From the NCBI GenBank assembly GCA_030141605.1, contig JAQGDQ010000007.1, positions 124,001 through 188,000 of the forward strand: 64,000 nucleotides of DNA. Reading direction: 5' to 3'. Every line of letters begins with the position of its first letter. Within the stretch, counting starts at the first letter, position 1. A model generated the notes under the pieces. The model saw only the letters and a program-made list of their open reading frames with translations. It did not search any database and had not been told where the DNA came from. This DNA is from Tubiluchus corallicola (taxonomy: Eukaryota; Animalia; Priapulida). Shown here piece after piece: positions 1-14,569 of this stretch. The position numbers and the translations under genes are program-made.

Positions 1-195
1 GATCGCAAATAAGGCCAACAGGTCTAGTGTAGAAAATCGGAATACTGCTTGCATGGTCATCATAATGTACAACCAAATGATCAATCAAATTTTATCTGCT
101 GTGGATAAAGTATAGTGATAATGATGATGATTACTGTGTTGACACTATTGCTTGTATTGTTGCTCGATCATTTATAATCCTTTTTTAATTTATAG

Positions 196-3100
196 GTGGC
201 TCTCCAGCTAGCAAGACTGGATCAGTTGCCATGGTGAATGCTTCCCCTCACGATGCAGATGTCAGCACCATCTCTCCGTTGGCACTAGTGTCACCCAACG
301 CTGTAGCTGCAGCAAATGGCAGTTCAGCCATGAATGCAAGTAGAACGTCCAGTTTTGCTGCAGCACTTCGTAAACTTGCCAAGCAAGCTGTGGAACCAAC
401 AGGTAAATGCATAAATGTTTGAATTTAAGCTGAATTTTTCATTATTTCACATAATTTCTGCATAAAGCTTTTAACGAGCCTGTCGGCAGATGGTGGTTCC
501 CTGGCTCAGCCTGCAAGTTTAATGATTATATTGTAAAATTGTAAATTTTAGCTGTGACATCTTTTAGATAATCATCTGAGGTACAACAGAGTTTTGTGTT
601 TGTTACCTCGATAGGTAGATTTTGAAGCCAGAAAAGTACCAATTTTAGTTTTTCATCCAATGCTAATATGTCATCATCCAATGTCATTACTATGCCAACT
701 AAATTTTTTTACTACACAACTAAAACTCAGACCCCCACCTGCTGTGCAAGTTGTGCGGGAAACACAGCTGCGAAAAATTGCAAGAACAAATAGACAGCAC
801 AAATACGACTGAGAATAAGGGTCAACTAGATTGAGCCATCGAATCAATAATTTCTTTTGCGACATTTTATTGGAAAAGCGTAAATGCACGTCAGTGATTT
901 CGAACATTACATTGTTTTGTTCTAGTTATTTGTTTAACAACAGCATTGTTTTTCCATAGATACAGAAATCAGATTGCGATCTCCGGCTTCACACCAGCCA
1001 GCAACGTCACCAAGATGCCCTCCTCCACCGATGCTGGTGTCCACCAGCCGCGCCACCAGCCACACTCCACCTGCTTTAGCCTCTGCACAAACGCACAATC
1101 CGGAATCTAGAAAGGTGATGTACAAACCTTGACTGATTTGATTTACTCACAAATGTACAACCTATAATCTAGTCATGATTGACTTGACGTGTACTCGACT
1201 TTATTATTTTGTGAACGTGCAAACAAACATCTTTCTTATGCACTAAATGTTTATAATCACCTCACTCATAAGATGACAGACATAGTAGAGACTTGAGCAT
1301 CTGTATGTCCATCCAAGCATGTTAAAGACTCAATTTCAAAGACATTTGGGACCAAGAGCATGTCATCAACTTTGCTCATTCTATACAAGCTTCTTTTTTT
1401 GATCTTGGCTTGACTTTAAAAATTGGAACTTGTAGTGGATTTTGTGGCTCTTTCGCTATAAGGAATGTATATTATTTTACTAATAGCACTTTACATGGAC
1501 TTTAATCTTCCTTTTTTTGCCTTTAGGATATGCAAAAATATATGCAGAGATATGACTAAGTGACTATAAAATAATATAATTATTGAAAGATTTTTAAATT
1601 GCAACATGTTATAGGAAGCTCAAACCCATTACATGAAGAACAAACACTTTTGAAGGACATATTTCTTCGTAGGTTTCCTGTGTTCTTGTTTTTTCAGTAA
1701 CTGAACAACTTGTGCTTTTTTTGTTAGTGTATTTTTGAAGTAATTGTTTTTCATGTATTGTCACTCCTGTTAGGTTCAGGTACCCATCGTTCAGTCCTGT
1801 GTACACACATAGATTAAGCCTTACATGGCGTTAGAAGTTACTTTGATTGTAAGACATACAGGGTTGGATTATGACCTGTTGGTGCTCCTAGGATAAAGAG
1901 ACTCACCCACATCAGTTTTGATATTTTTTTTACTCTTAATGTATTTTAGTGACATTTACATAGCTTAAAGTAAAGTTGTTGCAAATTTTTTAAATAAGCT
2001 AAAATAGCTATCTTTTGTTTGTCGATAAAAATAATCTTTAACAAAATACCAGTATTTGACTATTTGTTCTAAATCAAATTAACACATATTTCAACCACAA
2101 CCAGGTTGTGAAAAGGCAGATTTTCTTTCAGAATGTTACCAAAACTTTAGGGCCTCTAAGCTTGTGTAAACTAGGTTGAAGCCTATATTAGGCCGTATGA
2201 TAATCCAGCCCTGAGGACATGCAAGCTCTACTGTAAGGCCCACCTTTGATAAAGGGCACTTTTAATGTCAATTTATGATATAGTATTCTCCCAACGTGTT
2301 TTTTCTATTTAAGGCTGTTACAGAAATGTGAAAAAATTTGTAAATTGTCAAAACTTTTTGCAAATTATGAGAATGTGCTAGTGAAGAATGTTATTAGTTG
2401 CATAACTGACATTTGAGGAAAAGCGGAATCCACAATAATTAATATTTCTATCAAAAATTTTGTATTTGTTAAATTACTCCAAATATATGAGACTATTGTG
2501 GAGAAGTTTATTATTGCTTTCTTCAATACTAAATAGAGTGGACGTATAAACTTCGCTTCAAGGGGCACTTTCTTTGTGTTGCCGCAAATGTGTGATATTT
2601 TCAATGCGTTGTGGATGGGGATCAATTAGCAGTATACCTTTTAGAAGTTATTAGCCCTTCCATTTGCTACTTTGGAAAAACCGTGAATTAATGGACATTC
2701 ACTTGTACTGTAAACAAAAGTGTCCCGTTACAGTCTACAATGTCATGTATCATTGTAGAGTAATCGTGACATTAGAACAGAAAATGATTGCTTTTAGCGT
2801 CTGCGATTTTGCAGTTAGCACTCAGTGTGAAATGAGCATATAATGAGAGTCACATTCATGCTTTTAAGGCAGATGAATCGACTTTACGACACATACACTG
2901 TGAAAAAACGTAAAGTTGCACATCTGTTGTTGTGGAGTGCCTATTTCTGTCAAGTTATCAGTACAACTCTACTTGCTTAATGTACTCACAACTCAGACGT
3001 ACGTCAGGCATTCGAGCGCCAAAAGTTAATGAAAATGCACTGAAAATGGTATAATTACTACTTTTGTGTTCTAGATTTTTTGCTTGTAAAGATAAACAAA

Positions 3101-6100
3101 AGTCCAAATCCTTTGTCTTTGGCACTAATACTGATTTTGAAAATGAATTTTCATCATTCCTAGACTTTTAAAATGATGTTTTATTGCTTTGCAGAGTCTT
3201 GAAAGGTCAGCATCAAGTGTTAGCAGCTCCACCTCTGAACAGAAATATGAATCATCTTTGTACAATGAAAGAAGAGTGGGCGAAGTACATGGCAAAAGTA
3301 GTGAGAGAGATATCTTACATAGGTAAGATGGTTGTTTAGTTACAAGTAAAGGGTATAAAAAATGCTTGTCAAGTTAAAAATTTTTAGTGTATTTAAAATT
3401 ATCTAGGCTAGTGGATTTCTGTGTATTAAGGCAGTTTAAATTCACTTTAATCCACCTTAAAATTAGTCTGCTTTTTAATAAAGACTTATTAGTATTTCAA
3501 CATGAGTTTTTTACAGAACTGATGTTAACGAAATTGATTAAAAACTTATTTGTCATACATTCTGAAAACTTGATACTGTCTGTATATGTGATACCGAGTG
3601 TCTATCATTACTGTTTCAGACCCGTTACCGGCATAGACTCTGGGCGTGGTTTTCAGCCATACAGAGCGGAAGAGGGTCTTCGACGTTCTGGTTCTTCCCA
3701 GGAAGGATACGAACAGAGTATGTACCCATACCATCCAGCATACTTGCCCCCTCCTCAGGTGGGATATCCGCCAGGTGTATTTAGGTAAGTTTTCAGTTGT
3801 GTGTCTACTTTGTAAGCTCTCATCCTCTGCAATATTCTAAATTCTCATAGACTAATAAACTAACATAGTAAACTGTGTATAACTGATACACCTTGGGACT
3901 GGAAAATTTTTTCGAGTTATGCTAATTAGACAACGTTCCTAAGAAAAGAAAACTGAGTCACTCATCAATGTCGGACAATACATAAGTAACACTATAGCAA
4001 AATGACAAAGTGAGCCTTTAATCAAATGCCAAACAACAATTTTTATTTATTATCAAAAATAAAATGACTGGTCTATCTCTACTGTACTGAGAATCACTGT
4101 TAGTATAATTCGGCAATAATAATATTGTGATCTACATTAAACCACATTCATTAAGCCATTTTGTGTGCAGCGGTCTGCTAAGGTAATACAAGAAATGTAG
4201 GACTTCTCGCATGGAAGACTTTCAAGATAAGTGAGGTAATTTCTTAAGAATTGTACCCAGAATTCGGTTCGAGTTACACAATATTTGTTAGAGGGAAATA
4301 CGAAAGAGAAATTCCATGAAAGAGAAATTCCATTCCATCCAGTCCATGAGATCTGTTCTCAATATGCAAAAATTCGAGTTATATGCAGTTTGCTGTAGAT
4401 GTCTACAGACCACTGATAGAATCTTGGTCTGTTTTTGCTGCCTGCTTATTTGAGTGGATTATGGGGATTTGCGAATTCTTATTGTCTGATCATTCCCAAC
4501 CCACTTTAGTGGTGGCTATTGCTTCCTTTTACAAGCAGTTTGTCATTTTTGTGTTAGCTGTTTCTGTTATGCAATTTATATGTCGAACTAAAGCTATATG
4601 GTGTCATTTTCCTCAATTTTGTTTGAAACTATATTTTGCTGTTTTGTTCAAACTTGCCATTTATTGTCTGATAACAAAACTCTAAAAATCTGTCTTCCTC
4701 AAATTAATCATTCTTTTTGACAGCTTAACTTTTCAAAAATAAAAACTTCATTTAGCTTCGGAGGCAAGTTTTCTTAATCTTTATTTTTTTCATAGTTGCA
4801 TTAAAACACTTAGAGAATTTAAGGCTATTTGCTATTTAACATCATTGATTCATTCTAAACCAGCTGTTGAACCTCCTTTTATTAGTTTTGAGATGAATTT
4901 TCTGAAAACTTTGTTAGGCTTGATGATCCTTTGTACTTGGGGAGGTATGCAATGCTCAGAGCACCATTTTTCACCATGCCCGGTGCTCCCACGATGTTAC
5001 CCCCTCACGTCTTGCATCCTGCTCTGGTATCTGGTGCACGTTTTCCCTCCGAATTGCTGCCACAGCCGTTGTCGATACCCTCTACTGGTGGGAGGTACCC
5101 TCCAACCAGCGAACGGTAAGTAATTTGACTGGTATGCGATTGACTTAGTAGACTTAGTGCTGTTACTATACTAAAACAGTGGGAGTGGAGAACTTATTGT
5201 CATCTGAAAATGAGCTAAGTCCTGTCAAAGAGATGTTGTTGATCTAAACATGTCCTCTTTCACAGCTAATATCTGACATTATTAACAAAATTCAGAGCTA
5301 CTCAGTACTGCTGAAATGGCATGCAGTTTGATGACCTGGATGTTCTGAAATTACATAAATGTTTTTTGATATCAATATACAAGCTACGTGTACTCAATTT
5401 TAAAGATTATTGTTTGCCCATTTTGGACTTGTTTGCTGACAACTCTATTTCATAACTTACAGTTGCCAATTGTGAAATAATTTTTTCAAAACTCCCTGCT
5501 TTTATCCGGGGGATAAACGTGTGACACTATATTATATGTATGATGATTGGAACTTTCTGTACACTTTTTACAAGTTATTTAGAATATCTGGTAAATAAAA
5601 GTGCTGGACCACATTTGCTTTTAAGCTGCAATTCCCAATTTTTTTCTGAATGTAGTCTAAATGTCGTTTTTTCAGCTTGAAAATGGAGGAAGAACAACTA
5701 CGTTTAAAGGAACAGCGAGAACGAGAACGGCAACTGCAGCCAGAAGTAGAACAGATTGAGCGCGAACGGCATGAGGAGCGAGCTAGAACCCGTGAGGCGG
5801 AACACCGATCCGAACATCATGCAGGGGAACAAAAATCTCGTTGTGACCCTACTCGAGTTTCAAGATACTCTCCTATAAAGCATTCCTCATTTTTGCCACA
5901 CGATGGCAGTAGACATCGTGTGCAGAGTATGGGGACTTACATTCCTCTTGATCCACTAGCTAATGCAGCAAAGTCACATTCAGACTCTAAACATTCTGCT
6001 CATGATTCTAAACATAGGAACATTCTGTCTCCATATCAGGTAAGCAGCATTTACTCCACTTGATGTTCATGGTTTGCATTGCATTTGTCGTCTCTCTGTT

Positions 6101-6819
6101 ACTTCGTCTCTCTTTCCCTTTTCCTTTCATTCCTACATAAAAATCAATGTAGCTATAACTAAACTTATGTCTGTTAATTCAAACATCATGAGAAATTTTA
6201 CGTTTGGTAACATCAAACTAGATAATAATGTTTTACGTACCTGTGACAATGAAAAATATTTGGGACATATTATTTCAAATGATAACCGAGATGACCTCGA
6301 CATTATTAATCAAAGATCCCTATACTACTGTCATACAAACCAGCTTATTAGAAAATTCAGCTATTGTTCTGTTGATGTTAAAAGATATCTATTTAATGCT
6401 TACTGTAATACATTCTATTGCATGTCTACCTGGAGACATCTTAATAATTGTAATATCTTAAAACTCAAAATTGCGCACAATGTGTCAAAAAGATTATTTT
6501 TTGGATATGCATATGATTACAGTGCTCGTGAGATGAGTGTTGAAATTCCCGTGACGTATTTTGATGTATTACGTAGAAAATCTGTCTTAAGTTTAATGAA
6601 ACGATTTGATACTAGTGATAATTTAATGTGCCAGAAAATTTTAGAAAGCGATGCTAAATTTACATCGCACATAAGACAGCAATGGTGGAGACTATTATTG
6701 TAATTTTCATGTTTATCTAAGTTTGTATGTGATTTGTTTGTATTGGTTTTTTGTTTTTATGATGTTGTATGTTGTATATATGTAAATTATAATATGAACT
6801 TATGTTTGAAAAAAAGAAG

Positions 6820-6907
<88 letters not shown>

Positions 6908-6932
6908 CCTGCCTCCCTGCCTCCCTCCCTCC

Positions 6933-6963
<31 letters not shown>

Positions 6964-9900
6964 AAATCTTCTATTTTAGGATAATTTTGTAGCTGCATGT
7001 ATAGTTTGTATAGATTTAATTTGTATTTCATATTTTTGCATTTTTTATGTTTATTTATATTATGCATTCTTTTAGTACACTCAACCTGGATGTAAAGGAG
7101 CCTATGTGTCATTCTAGCTATCGAGTTTAAATGAAGATTTTCCCTTATCTTAGTAGGAATAAGTTGACCGCTAATGACATTTGGTCTATTTGCTTTTTTT
7201 CTGTGGGAGGAGAGATTATGTTGACCTTAAATTTTGCTTACCAGCCAGCGTGCAACCTGGCCACATCGAATCACAGGCCTGTTTTCATTAATGACGCAAT
7301 CAAATTCATCTGTGTGATGCGCCTTAGCATTGATTTGCGGTTGAAATGCCACACCAGTAATGCCTAGCAGTGGTTCCTCATCAGTGGCAGGTGGTCCTGA
7401 ATAACATAAAATGACACAGTTGAACAGAAAATTACAACTTTCTCTCTCTCTCTCTCTCTCTCTCTCGCTCTCGCTCTCTCTCTCTCTCCTCTGTCTCTGT
7501 CTCTGTCTCTGTCTCTTTATAACTCAATGTTTGAGGTGTTTTCCATTTAAAAACGTTGAAATTTGACTTATCTTGTTTAGAGTTGGCAAGACCATGCGGC
7601 AATTCGGGCTGACGAAGTCAGGTCTCTTGATTTGAGTAGAAGACACGGAAAGCCACGTGCATCTCAAGAGCGACTATTAGAGCGTGCGGAAGTACAGCGC
7701 AACTCATTACACGGGGGGCGTAGCAATCATTTAGATGAAAGATTACACTCCTCGAGGCCTGTAAACAGCCAGGATGTTCTAGATAAAGATCTGCTCAGCT
7801 ATGGTGAACAAGTTTCATTATCCAGTGCCCAAGACAGACCAAGTATAATTGCTGAACCTTATGTCAGCTCTAGTAGGGCAAGTAAACACTTGTCTAAAAA
7901 GCCACTAGAGTCTGTACTAAGGGATCTGCCTTCTCACTTAAAGTCTGATGCTAAACAAGATTCCACTCGGTTTAATCTGGCGTCGTACTCGAATGGTAAG
8001 CATGACTCCTCCCGGTTTATCACTGCCACTTACACAGATGGTGACCGTAGCCGGTTCAACCCTGCCATCGCGGTGAGCGAAGCTGAGATGCAGAGAAAAG
8101 ATGCAATCTCTTCGTCCTCCCATGGCGAGATGAGCTTCATTCCAGGGGTAGCAGTGGGCGTGGTCGTGAGTCCAGAACGTAGCAAGCTTGACATAGAGGA
8201 GGAGAGGTTGAAAAGGAAGAGACTAGCGGTGATTGATGGGAACGAGGGAGAAGAGGATGAAGGTGAGGAGGAAGAAAGGGGAGAAAAGCGACGGACTAGA
8301 TTGCTCACTATTGTTAATGGTCCACCTCTAAAAAGGGAGACATCGAGTCGAGTAAGTTATGTTGCAATTATGCTTTATGTAGAGATTCTTTGTACAGGGA
8401 AGTATGCAGATCTAGACAAGTTTCAGTATTCATTCTGGAATTGCTAGTTTCAGCACTTTCACTCAGAAATTAATTAACTTTATTTGAGCTTTAATCCGTT
8501 GTCAGAGACTTTACATAGAGAAGATACGTCATTTAGATTATCTGTACAGCTGCATCACATTATCAAGCAGTCAATTTCATTTGTATAAGAATTAAAGTAT
8601 TTCATCACTATTAGCTCAGTGTTAGTTTAGAAAAAGGGGAAGAAAAGTCTGCAAAATCCTGAGGGCGTTTGAGTGTTAATACTGGGACTAGAAAATAGCT
8701 GAGTGGTCATTCTATGTGCTTGTGACCGTAAGTGACACTAGGCCTAGTCGGTAGTGGACAGCTTCTGCCACACTGTTGCTTTTGTTGAGAGAGGCTGGAT
8801 AATACATTCAGTAGCTAGATTTGCTATCTCATTTTAGAGGATTATCCATCACAGTGAAATAGGTATCCGTCCCGCCACAACCATCTCTGGTTAAGTAGAC
8901 TCACACGGTGTCTGTTTTCTGTATCCCTAGTGTATTCAAAAGCTCATCTGTAATATTGATAATACTTCTTTAATCGATTGCTGCTTTTAGAGTGTCTCCT
9001 TCAAACCTAAAACAATGTAATACAACCAAATTTGGTCATCATTTGTAAATGTTTTTTCTTGCAAAGTTTTCTTGCATACATATCTATGTACATACTGCAA
9101 CTTTGAGCAATTATAAGATGGGAGGCTCAAATAGAATGGTTTCAAATATTTTTGATATTCATTTTGTGATACTTCGATTTCAACCGGCAATTTTCCATTC
9201 GACTTCAATTTTTGCACCAAAACACTATTTTCAAATTACACAATTATGCTTTTTTTGTTTAATCATCAGTATCTTTATACCTGACTACCAATACACTACT
9301 AACTTTCGCTCACAACAAGTATTATGATTTCTGATGCTCTCGGTGAAAAATTTACATGCGAAACTTATTTTAACAGTGTTTGCGTCACCTCTGTCATATA
9401 ATAATTCGACTGCATGTGATCAGGAGAAACCTTTTATGCATATGGCACTACTGTGCTTGCGATAAGCAAACCAAGGGTACTGCATCTTTCTATTAAACGA
9501 CAATGGAGACTTAAAACCAGAAAAATTGCATTTCTAGTCGCAACAGCAAGCTATTTTTAATTTTCTGTTTTGTTTCAATACTCAGTAATCGCATGTCGTT
9601 TTGATAGCTGTGCGAAAATTGTTTGTATGTTGTGAAAACCAGTGCACCCAAAGCAATAGACATCAGTAGAAGTTAATTTTTAATTGAGCAGAATATTTTG
9701 GCAATTTGGGCCATTGTAAATGAATCTAATATGTTTCAGAAAATGGCGTTATTTGCTTACTTACATCTCGGGACTCCATCACAAAACGAGGACAAAATGT
9801 ACAGAAAGTGGTTAAAACGACGTCGGTTCTACAGAGAAGACAGTCTCAGCCCTTTACGAATGGATGAAGTCCACGATGCACCATTATGCCTGATTCCATC

Positions 9901-12900
9901 TAGCACCAATTCTGAGAGTTTAAACGCAGAGTCGGATTATCTGGAGAAAGTGAAATTTTTGTCTTCTTTGGGATTGGAGCTTCTTACTCCAATGAAACGA
10001 AAAGGTAATTTGACTGCCTATTTGTGCAATCATTAAACAAATGTGTACCCTAGTAATATTAAAACTCGGAAAGCATAATAACAAAACACTTGTTAATTTT
10101 TGGTGGCACTAATTTTTTGCTTGCCTAACTGGAAAACTAAAGGATACACTGTTGTGAGAGTTTGAAGTCCTGAAAAGATGCTAGTTTTGTCCAATGGCTA
10201 ACTTAGTATTATAATTGCTATTTTGTAACTGCTCTTAATTTTTTTGTCTTATTTCTTGTATTTTTACTGTAGCTAACATCTTGGGCTTTGTGGAAACAAT
10301 AGTAGTATGTAACTATTCTTAATTATTCTCCATCCCAATGCTCTCCAGTATAACTTTATTCCTTCAGTATGAACCATAAGCATTTCCTTGAAACACATTT
10401 TTTATCATCTCCTTATGTCATTTTCCATTTTTCTGAGTCATACATTAAGACTGATTCTACTAAAGTCTTGAAAAATTTCACCTTTGTGTTTGCATTTCAT
10501 TTGCTGTTATTGAAAATTTGTCAGTGTCAGTAATGGGTATGTTTAAATTGCAGAGCTAGATAACATTCGGCAAAACATACGGAATTTCAAAACACTGCAG
10601 TCACATCTGCGGAAAAACAGAACACAGAATGGTGCTGCCATCTGTAGAACAGAAAGGAAATCGCCGCATCAAGTGAACTCTGCTGGTAAACTGGTTTAAT
10701 TGCATTTGCAAATGCATAATTCACATGGCAAATACAGTACCTTATGCGTGTTAACTTGAATAGGTGTGTAAAATGAGAAGGGTTGAAAAATCAGTATAGT
10801 GACACTTTGAACATTGGGATGATTGAGCTTATGAATTTTTAATGACTTGCATGTGTGACAGTTACGTTAAAAAACAGAGCATTTGAGGGAAGGACCATAA
10901 TTTTTTAAACTTTGATAACACCTAAACCACATTTTTTTATTGAAAAGTGTGATCACAGAGTACCAGAACCTGATCTCCACATTAAGACAACTAATTTTCA
11001 GGCATCAAAGAAATGCTTCTAGCTAAAAATTTTCTAAGAACTTGAATACTCGTTAAGTTTTCTTGATCACATTTCAGGGGAAAGTGCTACGTAATAAATA
11101 AATGCACTTCTTATGAGGCTTGGTAATTGGTAAGCTTCAGTAAATATTGTAGATAATATAGAAGGACTTGACAAACTCCATGAAATTGAGACTAAAATCA
11201 AGTCAGCAATAATTGTTCGCAAACTCACGATTATACATAGCAAACTGTATTCTTTGCGCTAGTTTCGCACTAGTAGTTTAGTGTAAAAATATTTCTGGTT
11301 TTCTGACTGCAAATATGATTTGGACCTGTACAGCTTCCCAAGTCTGATATATTAATGATCTGACAATGTTTCCAAAAGAAACCTCAAATCTTAATTTTCA
11401 CCTTTAAAAACAGAACAAGAATCTATCCTAGATGGCTTTGGTCCATTACTGTGTAAGGTTCCAGAACAACGATGGTCACAACAAAGACGACAATGCACGG
11501 CAGGACTGACAGTGCACCACATCCTTGGAATGGGGTCAATGATATGTGTTGCAAACATTTGTTGTTTTTAGTTGGATCCAAGAATAAACTGAAGCGACAA
11601 AAACCGGAAGATGAGTCTGATGACAGCCATTTGCAGAGCCCACAAAGCAAGAGACCGCTACTGTCTGCCATTGTTGAGTACCAAGCCAATGGTCACATTG
11701 CACATAAGCTCAGCCAAAAGTTTGCACATGAATTTCATGAATCTGTGCTTATGAGCACAAAACAAGCTTTGGTGCATAAACAAAGTAAAAATTAATTTTT
11801 ATTATATGTTTATTTAGTAGGTTATTGAAAAGAGAGAGTCACACAAATATTAACAAAAAGTAACGAATAAGTCTTATGTAAAATAGTGATTGGTGTACTG
11901 TTAACTGTTAAAAATGTTTCTAAATTCAATTTTGAATCATTTAAAATTCTATTATTAGCTTTGAGAATTCGTCATTCATGTCCAGTTTAGAAGAAAATGG
12001 GAACAAAAGGGGAGGTATTTTGTGCGTTTAAATCAAATTTGCTTTTTGAAGTCATTGGAAATACGATATTAATACAAATATAAAGATTTTATTTAAAAAA
12101 GACCATAGAAATAAAATTTCAGACAAATATTAGCTTAAAGGGAGGTGTACATTAGTCTGATACCCCGCCAGGGCAAGAGGAAACAGTTAAAGTTTGCAAA
12201 GCATTAGGCATGGATAGTTATTTAAAAATTAATTATCAGTTTAATTATGTTATACTATTTAAAATTCGTTTGTTTTAAAGGTGCCAGAAAGAAAGACGGC
12301 AGTGATCGCCGAACCAGCATCCTGCAACCGCTAGTGTCAGCGCACCACTTGACTTCTTCGCACACGGAAAAGGTGCCGGATCCACCTCCTCACTCACCAC
12401 CTCCCCTTCTTCCCATTGCTGTACAAGCTAGAAGATTAGATAAACAGAACCAGGAGTCACGGCTGACGAGAAATCAGTTTAGTGGTGATGATAACATGCA
12501 GGTGAATAATAGGACCAGTTCACCAAGTGACCAAGAACTAAAGGCTCGTGCTGGTACATATTATAGGACTAATACTTTAGAAACCATCACGGGCAACAAT
12601 CACAATGACAGTATCTCAGTTCCAATTGAAAAGCCAAATTGCGTGAGCAATTCAGAAACATTACGGCCAACTTACAGACACATTGCTTCATCACAGTCAG
12701 ATGTGATTCCCGGTCAAAATTCACTGGACGGTCAGAGGAGCGGGTTAACTGTACAAACAGGACAGAGAAGTTACACCTGTGATTATCCTCATAGTAGTTA
12801 TACTTGGCCAGGTGCAGAGGTTGTGATGGAATCTTATTGGAAACATGAAAAAGGTGAGCAGTATGATATCTTTGTCAAATCTTTCGAAATTCTTTCTGAG

Positions 12901-14569
12901 TACCTTGTTGTTTTGCTGGTAGCTGCACCAATAATCTTGCATGGTGTGCTAAACATAGATTGGTAAACTAAGAAAGTTGATAATTCTGTATATTTAAATA
13001 AATATGTTATACAAAAAAAACTAAGAAAATGTTCAACAAAACCCCATTTACACCTAGTTACCAACAAAACCCCACTTGTACCTAGTTACCAACAAAACTC
13101 CACTTACACCTAGTCACCAACAAAACCCCACTTGTACCTAGTTACCAACAAAATCTCACACTTAGTTACCAAAACTCCACTTACACCTAGCAACTTCCCA
13201 TAAAATCATTTGCAGCGTGATCACACTGCTTGTAGTTATAATATATAAAGGTGTCAGCCAGGTTTTTGCTTTTATAGAAAGAAATATGGAACTCTCGTTA
13301 TTACATAGCAGCATATCTCGGTTGAGAGCTCAGAATTCCCAGTTAGCGATTGAGGCTGAGGCTTTAAACACACAGAGCTCGGTGAGTAGCTTGCTTGATT
13401 CAATGCTTGCTGATTATAACAGCACATGCTTTTCTCTATTTTTATGTCAATAAACAGCAAACTCAATAAAAAGTTATAGTCATACCTGAATTATCTTGAC
13501 TATTGATTTATTGAGAGACTATCAGTGAGTCTAAATGAATATTTGTGCAAATTGAAGTTGTCTCTATTTCAATGCACATTTTGCCTTGACTTCTCCACCA
13601 TTAACTTAATGCAAAAATAGCAAACTTGATTGGACTCTAAGACCTCTTGTTATAGCATACAGGTTACAGTTAGGCTAATTCATTGCGCTATGTGCAACAA
13701 GTTTTTCTACGTTTTTTGTAAAGTAGAGAAATTCATTTTTTACTAAAGCTAACTATAATGTCTGTTAAAACTTTGACATAATCCATAGATAATCATTACA
13801 CTGCAATGGCATAGCAAACAAGAATCATTTAATTATCTGAACACTCCTCAAAATAAAACCTCCTCGTACAGTTAGCTAGACAGCCTAGCAGTTTATTAAA
13901 CTGACTATTCCAGTTTTCTCAGTGTATATGTTCATGTTCATTGGTATATTAGTGCTTTTTTGATCAGTTTATAAAATAATGTATTGCATGACAAGATGTC
14001 TTTAAGATGCAAATAGAAACATTGGTATGAGCTCCATCTAGTTTTCTTATTTCTTTGTAAATATTTGTTGTTCATGAAATGCACTCCAGATCCCCCTCCC
14101 CTTCTCCGGCTAAGAAGCAAATAAAACGTAAAAGATACACGGAATGAATGCCTAAATCAAGTAATAGCAAGTTACACTAAATTCTTTTGCTGAAGAGTCC
14201 ATGGAATGATATCTGTTTTCTTTGCTTTGGAAAAACTTGTAGCCGTAGAAAATTGCATGAAGAAATAGCCCTGACAAAATTTGAAAAATCTCAATGTGCT
14301 TGGTTAAGAAATCATACGATGCAGATATTTGTACAAGTAAAACTTAACATTAGAGAAAAAATGCACTAATTTCAATGTAATTTTCAACCTGAAATTGCAA
14401 TCTGATAGGCACAGTCAGCTTTTATCTGTTCTAGATGTTACTGCAAACAAAGCAGCGATTCGACGATGACCGAGCTCACAAGCAAACAGCTATAGATAAC
14501 CTGAAGAAAGCCCTCTGTGTTTTTGTCGCGGAGAAATCGTTTAGATTACCTACCAACGTTCAGCGATGA
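196..14569 (+). CDS. GSE1: GSE1-like (genetic suppressor element 1) coiled-coil protein, 5'-partial; exons 196-402, 960-1114, 3195-3322, 3620-3784, 4918-5115, 5676-6039, 7581-8351, 9740-10004, 10554-10685, 11572-11784, 12281-12853, 13278-13381, 14435-14569 (about 1135 aa in window)
   Basis: All exons are bounded by AG/GT with compatible phases and give one open frame ending in TGA at 14567-14569. Motifs resembling vertebrate GSE1: SSFAAALRKLAKQA, GFQPYR, RLKMEEEQLR...RERER, FAHEFHESVLMSTKQAL, WPGAEVVMESY and a C-terminal coiled coil ending IDNLKKAL. Confidence 0.88.
1859..2213. mobile_element. Non-autonomous hAT-type MITE (Tip100-like ends)
   Basis: Left TIR CAGGGTTGGATTATGA; right end reverse-complements to CAGGGCTGGATTATCA; near-matching 8-bp flanks aagacata/aggacatg. 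Confidence 0.75.
3866..4397. mobile_element. Degenerate Tigger/pogo-like MITE
   Basis: Left end tagtaaactgtgtataactga; right end reverse-complements to tacagcaaactgcatataactcga; internal ttcgagtta repeats; TA flanks. Confidence 0.55.
6160..6823 (+). mobile_element. 5'-truncated LINE (3' end of the RT ORF plus 3' UTR) in a GSE1 intron
   Basis: ORF 6074..6703 contains KYLGHII...DDLDI...NQLIRKFSYCSVDVKRYLFNAYCNTFYCMSTW, typical of the post-RT region of non-LTR elements. It is followed by a T-rich UTR, an A-rich tail and a (CT)n run. Confidence 0.75.
6824..6955. repeat. (CT)n microsatellite with a (CCCT)n interruption
   Basis: Direct reading. Confidence 0.97.
7441..7517. repeat. (CT)n/(CTCTGT)n microsatellite
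   Basis: Direct reading. Confidence 0.95.
13034..13190. repeat. 28-bp minisatellite, about 5.5 copies (caacaaaaccccacttRYacctagttac)
   Basis: Head-to-tail copies without spacers, in a GSE1 intron. Confidence 0.92.

Noticed and set aside
6734-6984. (SL)n ORFs
   Set aside because: Translations of the (CT)n microsatellite.
8696-8965. Possible tRNA-derived SINE or tRNA gene (tagctgagtgg A-box)
   Set aside because: No recognisable B-box or cloverleaf; too degenerate to call.
13034-13190. CRISPR-like 28-bp repeats
   Set aside because: No unique spacers; eukaryotic intron; no cas genes.
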